A stretch of DNA of 64,000 nt from Candidatus Micrarchaeota archaeon (GCA_020854825.1 JAHKLY010000001.1:186844-250843); one strand, 5' to 3'. Shown: positions 1-8,448, numbered from the stretch's first letter. The notes: generated by a model not told the origin, from the letters alone. A program made the numbers and translations.

Positions 1-151
1 TAGAAAATCTTGGTAAAATAAGAGTATCTTCTTTTAAGAATACAATAATATTAACACATCTAAAAGACATATCTAAATATTCAATTTCCTCTTTTCTTCC
101 CCACCCTATAACTGTATTTTTATTGTTTACTATTGTTAGCTCTTCTTCCAT
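1..151 (-). CDS. Partial CDS (N-terminal 50 aa, continues off the left edge), NUDIX-hydrolase-like
   Basis: Not in the ORF track because it runs off the edge. Reverse translation from ATG at 151 gives MEEELTIVNNKNTVIGWGRKEEIEYLDMSFRCVNIIVFLKEDTLILPRFS. This resembles the N-terminus of NUDIX/Idi-type hydrolases. Function is tentative. Confidence 0.4.
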   Translation of the reverse strand, partial: MEEELTIVNNKNTVIGWGRKEEIEYLDMSFRCVNIIVFLKEDTLILPRFS

Positions 152-282
152 ATTTATGTTTATTATAAATAATTATTTAAATTAATAGTTATATTACTTT
201 AACAAGGAGTATAAGAAGGACAACATATTTAACTAAATTCAAAGGCCCTTCTTTTAAAGAGGATTGCAGGAATTGTTTTTTA

Positions 283-297
283 TATGTATAAAAAACC
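283..297 (+). promoter_or_regulatory. Candidate TATA box for tRNA-Leu
   Basis: TATATGTATAAAAAA is centred about 26 nt upstream of the tRNA 5' end at 316, the usual archaeal TATA-to-start spacing. Confidence 0.35.
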
Positions 298-315
298 CAC
301 AGATCACATTCATTT

Positions 316-497
316 GCCGGGGTGGCGGAGGGGTCAAACGCGCTGGACTCAAGATCCTGTGGCTTAGTGCCTACGAGGGTTCAAACCTTTTTCTCTTTTA
401 AAAAAGAGAAAAACGTTTACGAAAAAGAGAAAACTGGTTGCCTAAAAATAATTTATTAGGAAAAATCCTGATAAATATGAAAATCCCTTCCCCGGCA
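316..497 (+). tRNA. tRNA-Leu(CAA) with one roughly 98-nt intron in the T-loop (about 386-483)
   Basis: Hand-folded. Acceptor GCCGGGG (316-322) pairs with CCCCGGC (490-496), discriminator A497. Anticodon arm is CTGGA/CTCAAGA/TCCTG with one U-U mismatch. Long variable arm is TGGCTTAGTGCCTAC. T-stem GAGGG (375-379) pairs with CCCTT (485-489). The T-loop TTCAAA...T is interrupted by the insert. No encoded CCA. Confidence 0.85.
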
Positions 498-577
498 TTT
501 TAATGCTCTTTAATCAGTATTTTAAAGTTTATGTCCTAAATTATAAATGTGATATTTATGTATTTATAGGTATTTTT

Positions 578-1696
578 ATGAAATTCGATGAAATTATAAA
601 CATAAATCCCATTGCTGAACTCTCAGTAACTCTATTTGATATTTTATTATTTTTAATAGTATTTGGGTTAATTTTAATTATATTAAATATCCTAATTCAA
701 ATTTACAAGAAATTAATGATACATATAACTGAAAAAACAAAAACGACTTTTGATAATAAATTATTAATGGGTACTCTTAGTCCTTTGAAGTATTTTAGTA
801 TAATTTTATCTTTGTTTATTGCGTGTTCACTCTTATTTCCAGATTTTATAAATTTTGAATTATACTCTTTAAAACAAGGAGGGATAACTGTAGGACATAT
901 GTTTTTAATTTTAAGCATATTCGGGTTTACGTATCTAATAAAATCAATAGTATATTCTGCTATAGATTGGTATAAAGATGAACTTTGTTTAAAGTCAAGA
1001 ATTAAATTTGATAGTCAAATGATACCTATCTTAAGAAAAGCAACTGCTGTTGTTATTTATTCAATAGGTATTATGATAGCATTAGATATTCTAGGTATAG
1101 AAATAGGTCCATTATTAGCAGGTTTAGGTATTGGGGGATTGGCAGTTGCATTGGCATTGCAAGATACACTATCTAATTTCTTTGCAGGATTATACATGAT
1201 AACTGATAAACCAATATCAAAAGGAGATTATATTTCTGTTGATAATCTAGCAGGGTATGTAGAAGAGATAAGTTGGAGGAATACAAAAATAAAATCTTGG
1301 GAAAATAATATTATAATTATACCAAACTCAACATTAAGTAAATCTACAATAATAAATTATACAAATCCACACAAATCAGTCATTCGTATTTTAAAAATAA
1401 GTGTTTCATATGATTCAGATCCAGATAAAGTGATCAAGGTATTAAAAAAGACTATAGATTCTGTTGGACAAAAAGATGATACGTTTGATAAAAGTATGCA
1501 ACCTATAGTTAAATTTTCAGAATTTATGGATTCAGCAATCGAATTCAAAATTATTTATAAATTAAATGATTATACTAAAAGGATAGCATTTGAAGACACA
1601 TTAAAATTAGAAGTTTTCAAAGCATTAAAGAAAAATAAAATAGAAATTCCATATCCTATTAGAATGGTATATATGAGAGATACAAAGAAGAGGTGA
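578..1696 (+). CDS. Small-conductance mechanosensitive channel (MscS family)
   Basis: MscS signature stretch GLGIGGLAVALALQDTLSNFFAGLYMITDKPISKGDYISV, preceded by TM helices. Start moved to ATG 578 because the track start at 503 lies only 6 nt after the tRNA 3' end. Confidence 0.85.
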   Translation: MKFDEIININPIAELSVTLFDILLFLIVFGLILIILNILIQIYKKLMIHITEKTKTTFDNKLLMGTLSPLKYFSIILSLFIACSLLFPDFINFELYSLKQGGITVGHMFLILSIFGFTYLIKSIVYSAIDWYKDELCLKSRIKFDSQMIPILRKATAVVIYSIGIMIALDILGIEIGPLLAGLGIGGLAVALALQDTLSNFFAGLYMITDKPISKGDYISVDNLAGYVEEISWRNTKIKSWENNIIIIPNSTLSKSTIINYTNPHKSVIRILKISVSYDSDPDKVIKVLKKTIDSVGQKDDTFDKSMQPIVKFSEFMDSAIEFKIIYKLNDYTKRIAFEDTLKLEVFKALKKNKIEIPYPIRMVYMRDTKKR

Positions 1697-1701
1697 AATA
1701 T

Positions 1702-2184
1702 ATGAGTAAAATAACAATAAATGCATTAATTGATGGGGGTTCAGCGACTGCAGGCCCTCCCTTAGGACCTTCCTTAGCCCCGATGGGAGTGAATATAGGA
1801 GAAGTTATAAATAAAATTAATGAAGCAACAAAAGAATTTAAAGGTATGAAACTGCCAGTTAAAGTAATAGTTGATAAAAATACAAAAACTTTTGAAATAG
1901 AAGTTGGATCACCACCAACTTCTGAATTGATTAAAAAAGCAGCAGGAATACAAAAAGGCAAAAAAGACAAAACTCAAGAAGTAGGAAATATTACGTTAGA
2001 AAAAGTAATAGAAATAGCAAGAAAGAAAAAAACAAAGGTATTAGGAAAGAGTTTAAAAAGTGCAACAAAAGAAGTATTAGGTAGTTGTATCTCTCTGGGA
2101 TTAAACTGTAATGGAAAAAACCCAAAAAAAGTAACAGAAGAGATAGATAAAGGCGAACATGATTCACTTTTTGGAGGGGAATAA
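1702..2184 (+). CDS. rpl11: 50S ribosomal protein L11 (uL11)
   Basis: INALIDGGSATAGPPLGPSLAPMGVNIGEVINKINEATKEFKG is the uL11 N-terminal signature. ATG 1702 is preceded by GGTGA (1692-1696). The track start at 1693 is a GTG inside that SD. Confidence 0.95.
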   Translation: MSKITINALIDGGSATAGPPLGPSLAPMGVNIGEVINKINEATKEFKGMKLPVKVIVDKNTKTFEIEVGSPPTSELIKKAAGIQKGKKDKTQEVGNITLEKVIEIARKKKTKVLGKSLKSATKEVLGSCISLGLNCNGKNPKKVTEEIDKGEHDSLFGGE

Positions 2185-3785
2185 TGAAGAAAATAATTTT
2201 TTTCATTTTTATTTTTTCTTTATTTTGTTTTGCAAATAATTTTGAATTAAGGTTACTTTCTAAAGTACAAACTAATTTAGAAATTCATAATAATACTCTT
2301 TATTTCGGATGTGAAAATGGAGATGTTTATTCATTAAATATAATAGATCAAGAAATAAATTGGAAGATAAACATAGGAAAAAAACCAGGAAGTAGTTTAA
2401 GTGTGTTAGATAATAATTTAATTATATATTCTGAAAATTCGGTATATTTGTTAAATCAAAACAAGGGGGCAATAGAAAATCAATATTCTTTTACTGAAGA
2501 TATTGCAGGCATAACTGTTGATACTGGACAAATATACATAACAACAAGATCGGGAGTATATGCTTTATCAAAAAATGCAGAAGTTAAATGGGACTTATTA
2601 ACGTTTGGACTTTATTCTACAAAAACAAAGCCCGTAATGGATGAATATTATATTTATTTTGGCATTAAAGATGAAATGTATGCATTAGACAAAAACCAAG
2701 GCGAAATAATATGGAAAGCCAAAACAAGTACTCCAATATATATTAAAGAAGGAAATTTGAGAGTTTTTGTAAGTACAGAAGATAATAAAATTAAAACTTT
2801 TGAGATAACAGAAGGAAGAGAAGTTTGGAATTATAAAGCAGGTGGCTGGATAACAGATATTGAAGAGGATAATGGAACTGTTTTTTTTATCTCAAATGAT
2901 TATTATATATATTCGGTTAATGCAGATAATGGAACTTTATTATGGAAAAAATTGATTGGTGATATGACTGATTTAGAGGTGAAAGAAAATATTTTATTGG
3001 TTGGGACAAAAGATAATAAGATTTATGGATTAAATAGAGAAACAGGAGAAGAAGGGTTTATTATACATACTTCTGATTGGCCAATGAATTTACTTATAAA
3101 AAATAATTTTGTGATTTATAGTACATTAGATAAAAAAGTAGCATATGCATATATTGATCATGTTTGTACTTTTAATTATCCTAGTAGAAGGTCAGTAGTT
3201 AGTTCAGCAGAATTCAAATTAAATGGTACAACATATTCAATTGATAATTCAATAACTAAAGTTCAAATTGGAATAAAAAAAGAGGACATAGGAGATTATA
3301 CTAATGCACAAGGAATAAATACTTGGACTGCATATGTTGATCCATATGAATTTACTGATGGCATTTTAGATATTGGTTGTGTATTATCACCTTATAGTGA
3401 TAGAGATCCAACAATTATGCAAGTGATAAAAACTCCCCAATCAACTTTAATTGAAGATATGAAAGTAACTTTTCCAGAACAAACTGAGTTACAGCAGAAC
3501 ATTCAAATTTATGCTTTAAACAAATATAATAGAACAATAAAAGGATTAACTGCGCTTTATGATAATAAAGAGTATGTAGCAGATTCTAATGGATATATAT
3601 CTCTATTCTTTAGTGAACCAGGATTAAAATTAATTGAGATTTCAAGAAAAGGGTATAAAACCCAGCAAATTCAAATACAAGCCGGAGACACCCCAGGCAC
3701 AGATGATTACACATTATATTATTTAGCAGGAATAATAATTCTCATTATAATAATCGTATTTTTAATTAAAAAGATAAAACAGTAA
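2184..3785 (+). CDS. Secreted, membrane-anchored PQQ-like (BamB-type) beta-propeller repeat protein
   Basis: N-terminal signal-like MKKIIFFIFIFSLFCFA. Repeated blades carry Y.L(N/D)...G(E)..WK motifs (YSLNIIDQEINWK, YALDKNQGEIIWK, ADNGTLLWK, LNRETGEEGF). C-terminal TM anchor is LAGIIILIIIIVFLIKKIKQ. Confidence 0.7.
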   Translation: MKKIIFFIFIFSLFCFANNFELRLLSKVQTNLEIHNNTLYFGCENGDVYSLNIIDQEINWKINIGKKPGSSLSVLDNNLIIYSENSVYLLNQNKGAIENQYSFTEDIAGITVDTGQIYITTRSGVYALSKNAEVKWDLLTFGLYSTKTKPVMDEYYIYFGIKDEMYALDKNQGEIIWKAKTSTPIYIKEGNLRVFVSTEDNKIKTFEITEGREVWNYKAGGWITDIEEDNGTVFFISNDYYIYSVNADNGTLLWKKLIGDMTDLEVKENILLVGTKDNKIYGLNRETGEEGFIIHTSDWPMNLLIKNNFVIYSTLDKKVAYAYIDHVCTFNYPSRRSVVSSAEFKLNGTTYSIDNSITKVQIGIKKEDIGDYTNAQGINTWTAYVDPYEFTDGILDIGCVLSPYSDRDPTIMQVIKTPQSTLIEDMKVTFPEQTELQQNIQIYALNKYNRTIKGLTALYDNKEYVADSNGYISLFFSEPGLKLIEISRKGYKTQQIQIQAGDTPGTDDYTLYYLAGIIILIIIIVFLIKKIKQ

Positions 3786-3852
3786 AACTACAAACCAGAC
3801 CTTGAAGTTTTACGTAAAACTCCAAACTAGACTTTGTAGTTTTACAAATATT
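3782..3852. repeat. 71-bp imperfect-palindromic repeat, copy 1
   Basis: GTAAAACTACAAACCAGACCTTGAAGTTTTACGTAAAACTCCAAACTAGACTTTGTAGTTTTACAAATATT recurs at 5129-5199 with 1 mismatch. Internally it is two roughly 32-bp units, each bounded by GTAAAAC...GTTTTAC. Confidence 0.9.
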
Positions 3853-3880
3853 TAAAAATATTACTGTATTAATAGTAATT

Positions 3881-5152
3881 ATGAATATTATAGAAATTGA
3901 ACATCAGAATCCCTGGTGGAATAATAAAAATTGGGTTAAAGAAGATTTACATTTAAACAAATATAAAAATTCACCTGTATCTCATGAATGGACTATGAAA
4001 CTTGAAAAAGGAGTTTGTGTGGTTTATGGGCCAAGACAAGTTGGAAAAACAACCTGGATTAAACAACAAATATCAAAACTTGAAAATGAAAATGTGCTTT
4101 ATATTGCATGTGATGGAATTCTTTCTACTAAGGAATTTAAGGATACACTAACACAAATTTTTGAATTAAAAGATTTTAAATATATTTTTTTAGATGAAAT
4201 AGCATATATTGATAATTGGGAACAAATAATAAAATATTTTATTGATCAAAAAAAATTTAAGGATAAGTATCTAGTCTTAACTGGTTCGTCTTCTATTAAC
4301 ATGTTAAAAAAAGCAGAAAGATTAACCGGACGTTTATCAAAGAAAAAAAGATTTCACCCCCTAACATTTAAAGAATTTGTGGATAATAAAATAAAAAATC
4401 CAACCACGGAACAATTATATCATCTTTTTAGAAGATATTTACTTCATGGTGGATTTTTAAAAGTGATTAATAAGTTTGAACAAGCTAATTTTATATCTGC
4501 TGATCTTTTAAGTGATTATAGTGGTGCGATAGATGGAGAATTGTCTAAAGCTCAGAGATCTCCTAGAATTTTTAATTACATTATTTCAAAACTAATAAGT
4601 GCATTAACAAATACTATTTCTTGGGCTAGTATATCAGAAAATGAAGTTTCACAACCTACTGTTAGTGAATATATTGAGATTAGTAAATTATTGATGTTTA
4701 ATGATTATATAGAAAATATTGAATCGTATCATAAATCATTTGTTAAAAATAAAAAAGTGTATTTTTTTGACCCTTTTTTATTTTGGATTGCTAGATACAG
4801 AATAGGGAAAAAAGAACCTATCGATGAAACAAATATTTTAAAGTATGAAAGCAAACTTGTTGAAAATGCAGTATTTTCAAATATTTCAACGTATTTAGAT
4901 GATAGAATAGAACTTCCAGATTTTGAAATAAGAGATTTTTTATTTTATTCAAAGACAAGAAAAGGAGAGATAGATTTTGTGATTAACAATCTTAAATTAG
5001 AAGTTAAATGGACTAAAGATATACGTAAAAAAGAAAAGGATGTTTTATATCTTACAAAAACCTCTCTAGCAAAAAATGAGGTCCCAGTATATTTGTTTTT
5101 ATATAATATAGACGAATATCTTAAAAATGTAAAACTCCAAACCAGACCTTGA
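3881..5152 (+). CDS. AAA+ ATPase of the AAA_14/DUF4143 type
   Basis: Walker A is VYGPRQVGKTTW and Walker B is IFLDEIAYIDNWEQ. C-terminal region is DUF4143-like. The last 8 codons (NVKLQTRP) are encoded by repeat copy 2. Confidence 0.8.
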   Translation: MNIIEIEHQNPWWNNKNWVKEDLHLNKYKNSPVSHEWTMKLEKGVCVVYGPRQVGKTTWIKQQISKLENENVLYIACDGILSTKEFKDTLTQIFELKDFKYIFLDEIAYIDNWEQIIKYFIDQKKFKDKYLVLTGSSSINMLKKAERLTGRLSKKKRFHPLTFKEFVDNKIKNPTTEQLYHLFRRYLLHGGFLKVINKFEQANFISADLLSDYSGAIDGELSKAQRSPRIFNYIISKLISALTNTISWASISENEVSQPTVSEYIEISKLLMFNDYIENIESYHKSFVKNKKVYFFDPFLFWIARYRIGKKEPIDETNILKYESKLVENAVFSNISTYLDDRIELPDFEIRDFLFYSKTRKGEIDFVINNLKLEVKWTKDIRKKEKDVLYLTKTSLAKNEVPVYLFLYNIDEYLKNVKLQTRP

Positions 5153-5199
5153 AGTTTTACGTAAAACTCCAAACTAGACTTTGTAGTTTTACAAATATT
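5129..5199. repeat. 71-bp imperfect-palindromic repeat, copy 2
   Basis: 70/71 identical to 3782-3852 (A to C at the ninth base). Overlaps the 3' end of the ATPase gene. Confidence 0.9.
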
Positions 5200-5298
5200 C
5201 AATATTTTAATGGAAAATGAGCAAAAAATAGGCAAAAATAATAGCGAAAAGTATATAAATGGGAAGAAAACATATATTTCACATAAGAGGTGAAAAAT

Positions 5299-5565
5299 AT
5301 GCACATAACTGTAAATTTTGAAGGATATATTGAAGATATTATAGAAAATGCAATTCAAAAAGGTCTTGCAAAAACTAAAACAGAAGCTCTTAGATTAGGT
5401 GTATTAGAATTAAACGATAGATATGGATTATTAAAAAACGATACAGAATTGTCTATGCTTAAAAAGAAATTAGAAACAATAGATAATCAAATAAATACAG
5501 GTAGATTAAGAGATGAAACTGAAGAAGATGCTAAAAAATATCCTGAATTATCCAAAGGTAATTAA
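5299..5565 (+). CDS. Ribbon-helix-helix (CopG/antitoxin-like) small protein
   Basis: MHITVNFEGYIEDIIENAIQKGLAKTKTEALRLGVLEL fits a beta-strand plus two helices RHH layout. ATG 5299 is preceded by GAGGTGA (5287-5293). The track start at 5290 is a GTG inside the SD. Confidence 0.55.
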   Translation: MHITVNFEGYIEDIIENAIQKGLAKTKTEALRLGVLELNDRYGLLKNDTELSMLKKKLETIDNQINTGRLRDETEEDAKKYPELSKGN

Positions 5566-5647
5566 ATGCAAAATGAAAAGTTTGTACGTATTTATTTTAT
5601 AGGTGATCACAAACAATATGAAAATGGTTAAAAAACCAAATATGAGT

Positions 5648-6061
5648 TTAAGATTTATTTTTAAGTATTTTATCTAATTTATCCCAATCTTTTCCTATAA
5701 CAATAGGTTGTAAAGCAATTAATTCTTCTCTATAATTTAAGTCTTTTGGTACTTCGTTTAGCAGAAAAATAGGTATTTTGTTATGAAATGCCAAAGCCAT
5801 TTCCATAAAAGCACTTCCACCAATATAATTTTTTATTCCATTTTTATCAAAATTAGCTACAAATATCGCATCTGATTCATCAATTTTAGAAAAATGATCT
5901 TCAATTAATCCATGCATCTTTTTTGTAAGTGCTGTTTCTTCTAAATGATGATGATCAACCATACTTGGTAAAAGTACTTCATATCCTGTTTCTTCAAGCG
6001 CTTTTTTAATTTCAGGTAATTTATCAAAAAATTTAGCGCTTGAACATAAAGTAATCTTCAT
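5648..6061 (-). CDS. Nucleoside 2-deoxyribosyltransferase-like (flavodoxin-like fold) protein
   Basis: MKITLCSSAKF...ESDAIFVANFDKNGIKNYIGGSAFMEMALAFHNKIPIFLL matches the pattern of the Nuc_deoxyrib_tr-like family. Start taken at ATG 6061. Confidence 0.4.
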   Translation of the reverse strand: MKITLCSSAKFFDKLPEIKKALEETGYEVLLPSMVDHHHLEETALTKKMHGLIEDHFSKIDESDAIFVANFDKNGIKNYIGGSAFMEMALAFHNKIPIFLLNEVPKDLNYREELIALQPIVIGKDWDKLDKILKNKS

Positions 6062-6113
6062 ATTATTATTTTTACACAAAACTATATATTAGTTTCTCTT
6101 AATATTTAAATTA

Positions 6114-6620
6114 ATGAAAATTGCAGTAACTTCAGAAAATAAACTTAAATTAAAAGCAGTTGAAAAGGTATATTCTGAAATTGGAATAAAACCCAAAATA
6201 ATTGGTTTTTCTGCTGATTCTAATGTTGGTGAGCAACCAGTAAATGAAACTACTCTTTTAGGTGCGAGAAATAGAATAAAATATATAAAACCAAAAACTA
6301 AAGGTTTTGATAGAATAATTTCTATTGAAAATGGGATATTTAGAGAAGATAATGCGTGGAGAGATAAAGCAGTAATTGTTTTATATAATTTAAAAACAAA
6401 AGAAGAATATATTGAATATTCAGATCATATTGTTTTTCCAGACCAATATGTGGATAAAGCACGTGAGATAGGTTTTGATAAAATAACTGTAAGTAAAGTG
6501 ATGTTTGATGAAGGGTATATATTAAATGCAAAAGACCCACATAAAACTATTTCTGGTATTTCAAGACAAGTTTATTTAGAAGATACTTTAAAAAAAATTA
6601 TAAAAAAAGAAGAAAAGTAA
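6114..6620 (+). CDS. Non-canonical purine NTP phosphatase (YjjX/DUF84 inosine/xanthosine triphosphatase family)
   Basis: MKIAVTSENKLKLKAVEKVY...SADSNVGEQPVNETTLLGARNRI follows the YjjX N-terminal pattern (T.N..K..A....F......V.SGV..QP....T..GA.NR). Confidence 0.7.
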   Translation: MKIAVTSENKLKLKAVEKVYSEIGIKPKIIGFSADSNVGEQPVNETTLLGARNRIKYIKPKTKGFDRIISIENGIFREDNAWRDKAVIVLYNLKTKEEYIEYSDHIVFPDQYVDKAREIGFDKITVSKVMFDEGYILNAKDPHKTISGISRQVYLEDTLKKIIKKEEK

Positions 6621-7070
6621 TTATTCTTCTTCTGCTTTTTTAATTACTTTTACTGTGTCTGCCTTGATAGTTACTGGTATTGGTACAGCTGCTTCTGTTA
6701 ATTCAACTGTTAATTCTTCCTTATTTTTATCAACACGCATTACTTTAGCTTTTTCACCTTTAAATGGCCCACTAATTACTTCAACAATATCATATTTATT
6801 TATTGACAATATTGGTGCCTTTGCAGCTTCAATTAACCCTTCAATTTCTCTAATTTCAATATTTTTAGATAATACTCCCCTAATGTGGGGCAATCCAAAT
6901 ATGGCTTTTCTTATATCTGCTTCATTTTCTGCTTCTATTATAATATATCCTCTTAAATCCTCAAATACAGCAATTACTTTTATTGGATGTTTTTCCTTTT
7001 TTATTTTTCTAAGTAACATATCTGCAACTACATGTTCTTGTCCAGTTGTAACTCTTGATGCATATAACAT
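6621..7070 (-). CDS. spt5: Transcription elongation factor Spt5 (NusG)
   Basis: NGN domain (MLYASRVTTGQEHVVADML...RGYIIIEAE) plus KOW motif (GPFKGEKAKVMRVDKNKEELTVEL). ATG 7070 follows GGTGA. The track start at 7079 is a GTG in the SD. Confidence 0.9.
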   Translation of the reverse strand: MLYASRVTTGQEHVVADMLLRKIKKEKHPIKVIAVFEDLRGYIIIEAENEADIRKAIFGLPHIRGVLSKNIEIREIEGLIEAAKAPILSINKYDIVEVISGPFKGEKAKVMRVDKNKEELTVELTEAAVPIPVTIKADTVKVIKKAEEE

Positions 7071-7079
7071 AAAATTCAC

Positions 7080-7250
7080 CTATGGTAAAACTTGAAAGAT
7101 TAACCAAATTATTAATCCAATTAATCCAACTATTAAAGTTCCGACACTTGTTACTATTGCTATTTGTTTAAATTCACTATATCTTGGTTTATAGAAAGTA
7201 TGAAATATTCTTCTTGATTGTCTTACAAAATTTACTAATCCACTTAACAT
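7080..7250 (-). CDS. secE: Preprotein translocase subunit SecE (Sec61 gamma), 56 aa
   Basis: Not in the ORF track because it is under 60 aa. Translation is MLSGLVNFVRQSRRIFHTFYKPRYSEFKQIAIVTSVGTLIVGLIGLIIWLIFQVLP, a basic N-terminus plus one TM helix. It sits in the conserved position between ftsZ and spt5. Confidence 0.85.
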   Translation of the reverse strand: MLSGLVNFVRQSRRIFHTFYKPRYSEFKQIAIVTSVGTLIVGLIGLIIWLIFQVLP

Positions 7251-7260
7251 AATTTCACCT

Positions 7261-8448
7261 TTATCCGACTAGATCTAAATCTAGTTCTTCTTCAACTGAT
7301 TTTTTTTCTAAATTTTCCAAAGTGTATTTTGGCATTTTAGTTCCAGCTACAACCACAAGTACTCTTAACGTTGATTTTTTAAGATTATCTTCAATTCTTG
7401 CCCCCCATATTATATGGGATGAAGGACTTATTCTATTTGAAACTTCTTTCATTATTATTTCTGCTTCTTTTAAAGACATGTCTTCCCCACCAACTACATT
7501 TATTAATGCCCTATCTGCTGTTGTTATATCTATATCTAATAGGGGAGAATTTAATGCAGTTTCAATTGCAATTATTGCTCTTTGGTCTGCTTTTGCTTCA
7601 ATAGAAGCTTCTCCTATGCCTATGACTGCGCAGCCTGCGTCTTTTAATATTGTTTTTAAATCTGCAAAATCTAAATTAACCATGCCCGGTTTTGTAATTA
7701 ATTCTGCAATTCCTTTAACTGCTCCTGCAAGTACTTCATCTGATACTTTGAATGCAGTATTTAAAGGCAAGTCTGGAGCTATGGTTAGTAATTTATCATT
7801 AGGTATTACTATTGTTGTATCTGCTTGTTTTTGTAATTTCTCTAATCCTTGTAATGCATTATGCATTCTTGTTCTTCCTTCTGAACTAAAAGGTAAAGTT
7901 ACAACAGCGATTGTTAAAGCACCTATTGCTTTTGCAGCTTGTGCTATAACTGGTAAACTTCCAGTACCTGTTCCTCCCCCTAAACCGCAGGTTACAAATA
8001 CTAAACTAGCATCACCCATTGCTGCTTTTATTTCATCCATAGATTCTTTTGCTGCATTCTCTCCAACTTCTGGATTACTGCCAGCACCTAATCCCTGAGT
8101 TAATTTTTTTCCCATTAAAATTTTTCGTTTAGCATGAGTTTTAACTAAATGTTGAACATCTGTATTTGTTGCAACTAAATTTACTCCTTGGATTCCTATT
8201 TCTGTTACTCTTGTTAAGGTGTTGCAACCACCTCCTCCTGCTCCAACTACATATACTTTTGGTTTACTTTCTTCTATGAATTTTAATAAATCTGCATCAT
8301 CTTCTGATCCTATTTGTACTCCTTGAGGTAACTGGCTTCTTATATTATTTTGGTTATAATTAGAAGGCTGTTCATTAGTAGGTAAAAATTTTGAATTTAT
8401 ATTATGTTTTTTAAGAATTTCTTCATAAGTTTTTGGTTCTTCTGTCAT
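7261..8448 (-). CDS. ftsZ: Cell division GTPase FtsZ
   Basis: VVGAGGGGCNTL, the tubulin signature GLGGGTGTGSLPVIA, and NTDVQHL. ATG 8448 gives MTEEPK...; the track start at 8457 is a GTG. Confidence 0.95.
   Translation of the reverse strand: MTEEPKTYEEILKKHNINSKFLPTNEQPSNYNQNNIRSQLPQGVQIGSEDDADLLKFIEESKPKVYVVGAGGGGCNTLTRVTEIGIQGVNLVATNTDVQHLVKTHAKRKILMGKKLTQGLGAGSNPEVGENAAKESMDEIKAAMGDASLVFVTCGLGGGTGTGSLPVIAQAAKAIGALTIAVVTLPFSSEGRTRMHNALQGLEKLQKQADTTIVIPNDKLLTIAPDLPLNTAFKVSDEVLAGAVKGIAELITKPGMVNLDFADLKTILKDAGCAVIGIGEASIEAKADQRAIIAIETALNSPLLDIDITTADRALINVVGGEDMSLKEAEIIMKEVSNRISPSSHIIWGARIEDNLKKSTLRVLVVVAGTKMPKYTLENLEKKSVEEELDLDLVG

Noticed and set aside
386-483. C/D-box or H/ACA guide RNAs hidden in the large tRNA introns (also 45737-45836 and 39870-39960)
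   Set aside because: I looked for RUGAUGA near the 5' ends and CUGA near the 3' ends. Only isolated CUGA tetramers occur (for example at the end of the Tyr anticodon intron), with no matching C box or k-turn arrangement.
3782-3852. Integron attC site in the strict sense
   Set aside because: The element is a folded imperfect palindrome, but the terminal heptamers (GTAAAAC / GTTTTAC) do not match the RYYYAAC / GTTRRRY core sites. No integron integrase is in the window. It is kept only as a loose analogy in the corresponding finding.
7322-8098. 258-aa ORF on the + strand, and similar long antisense ORFs at 6655-7095, 8578-9006, 10478-10945, 28337-28825, 28967-29383, 51974-52804 and 55228-55764
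   Set aside because: Each lies entirely antisense to a gene with strong family motifs (FtsZ, Spt5, TauE, CysN, RuBisCO, TctA-like, DnaG). Their translations are low-complexity (S/I/F/P/L-rich) with no motifs. Long antisense ORFs are expected where the sense-strand codons rarely produce stop codons on the opposite strand.
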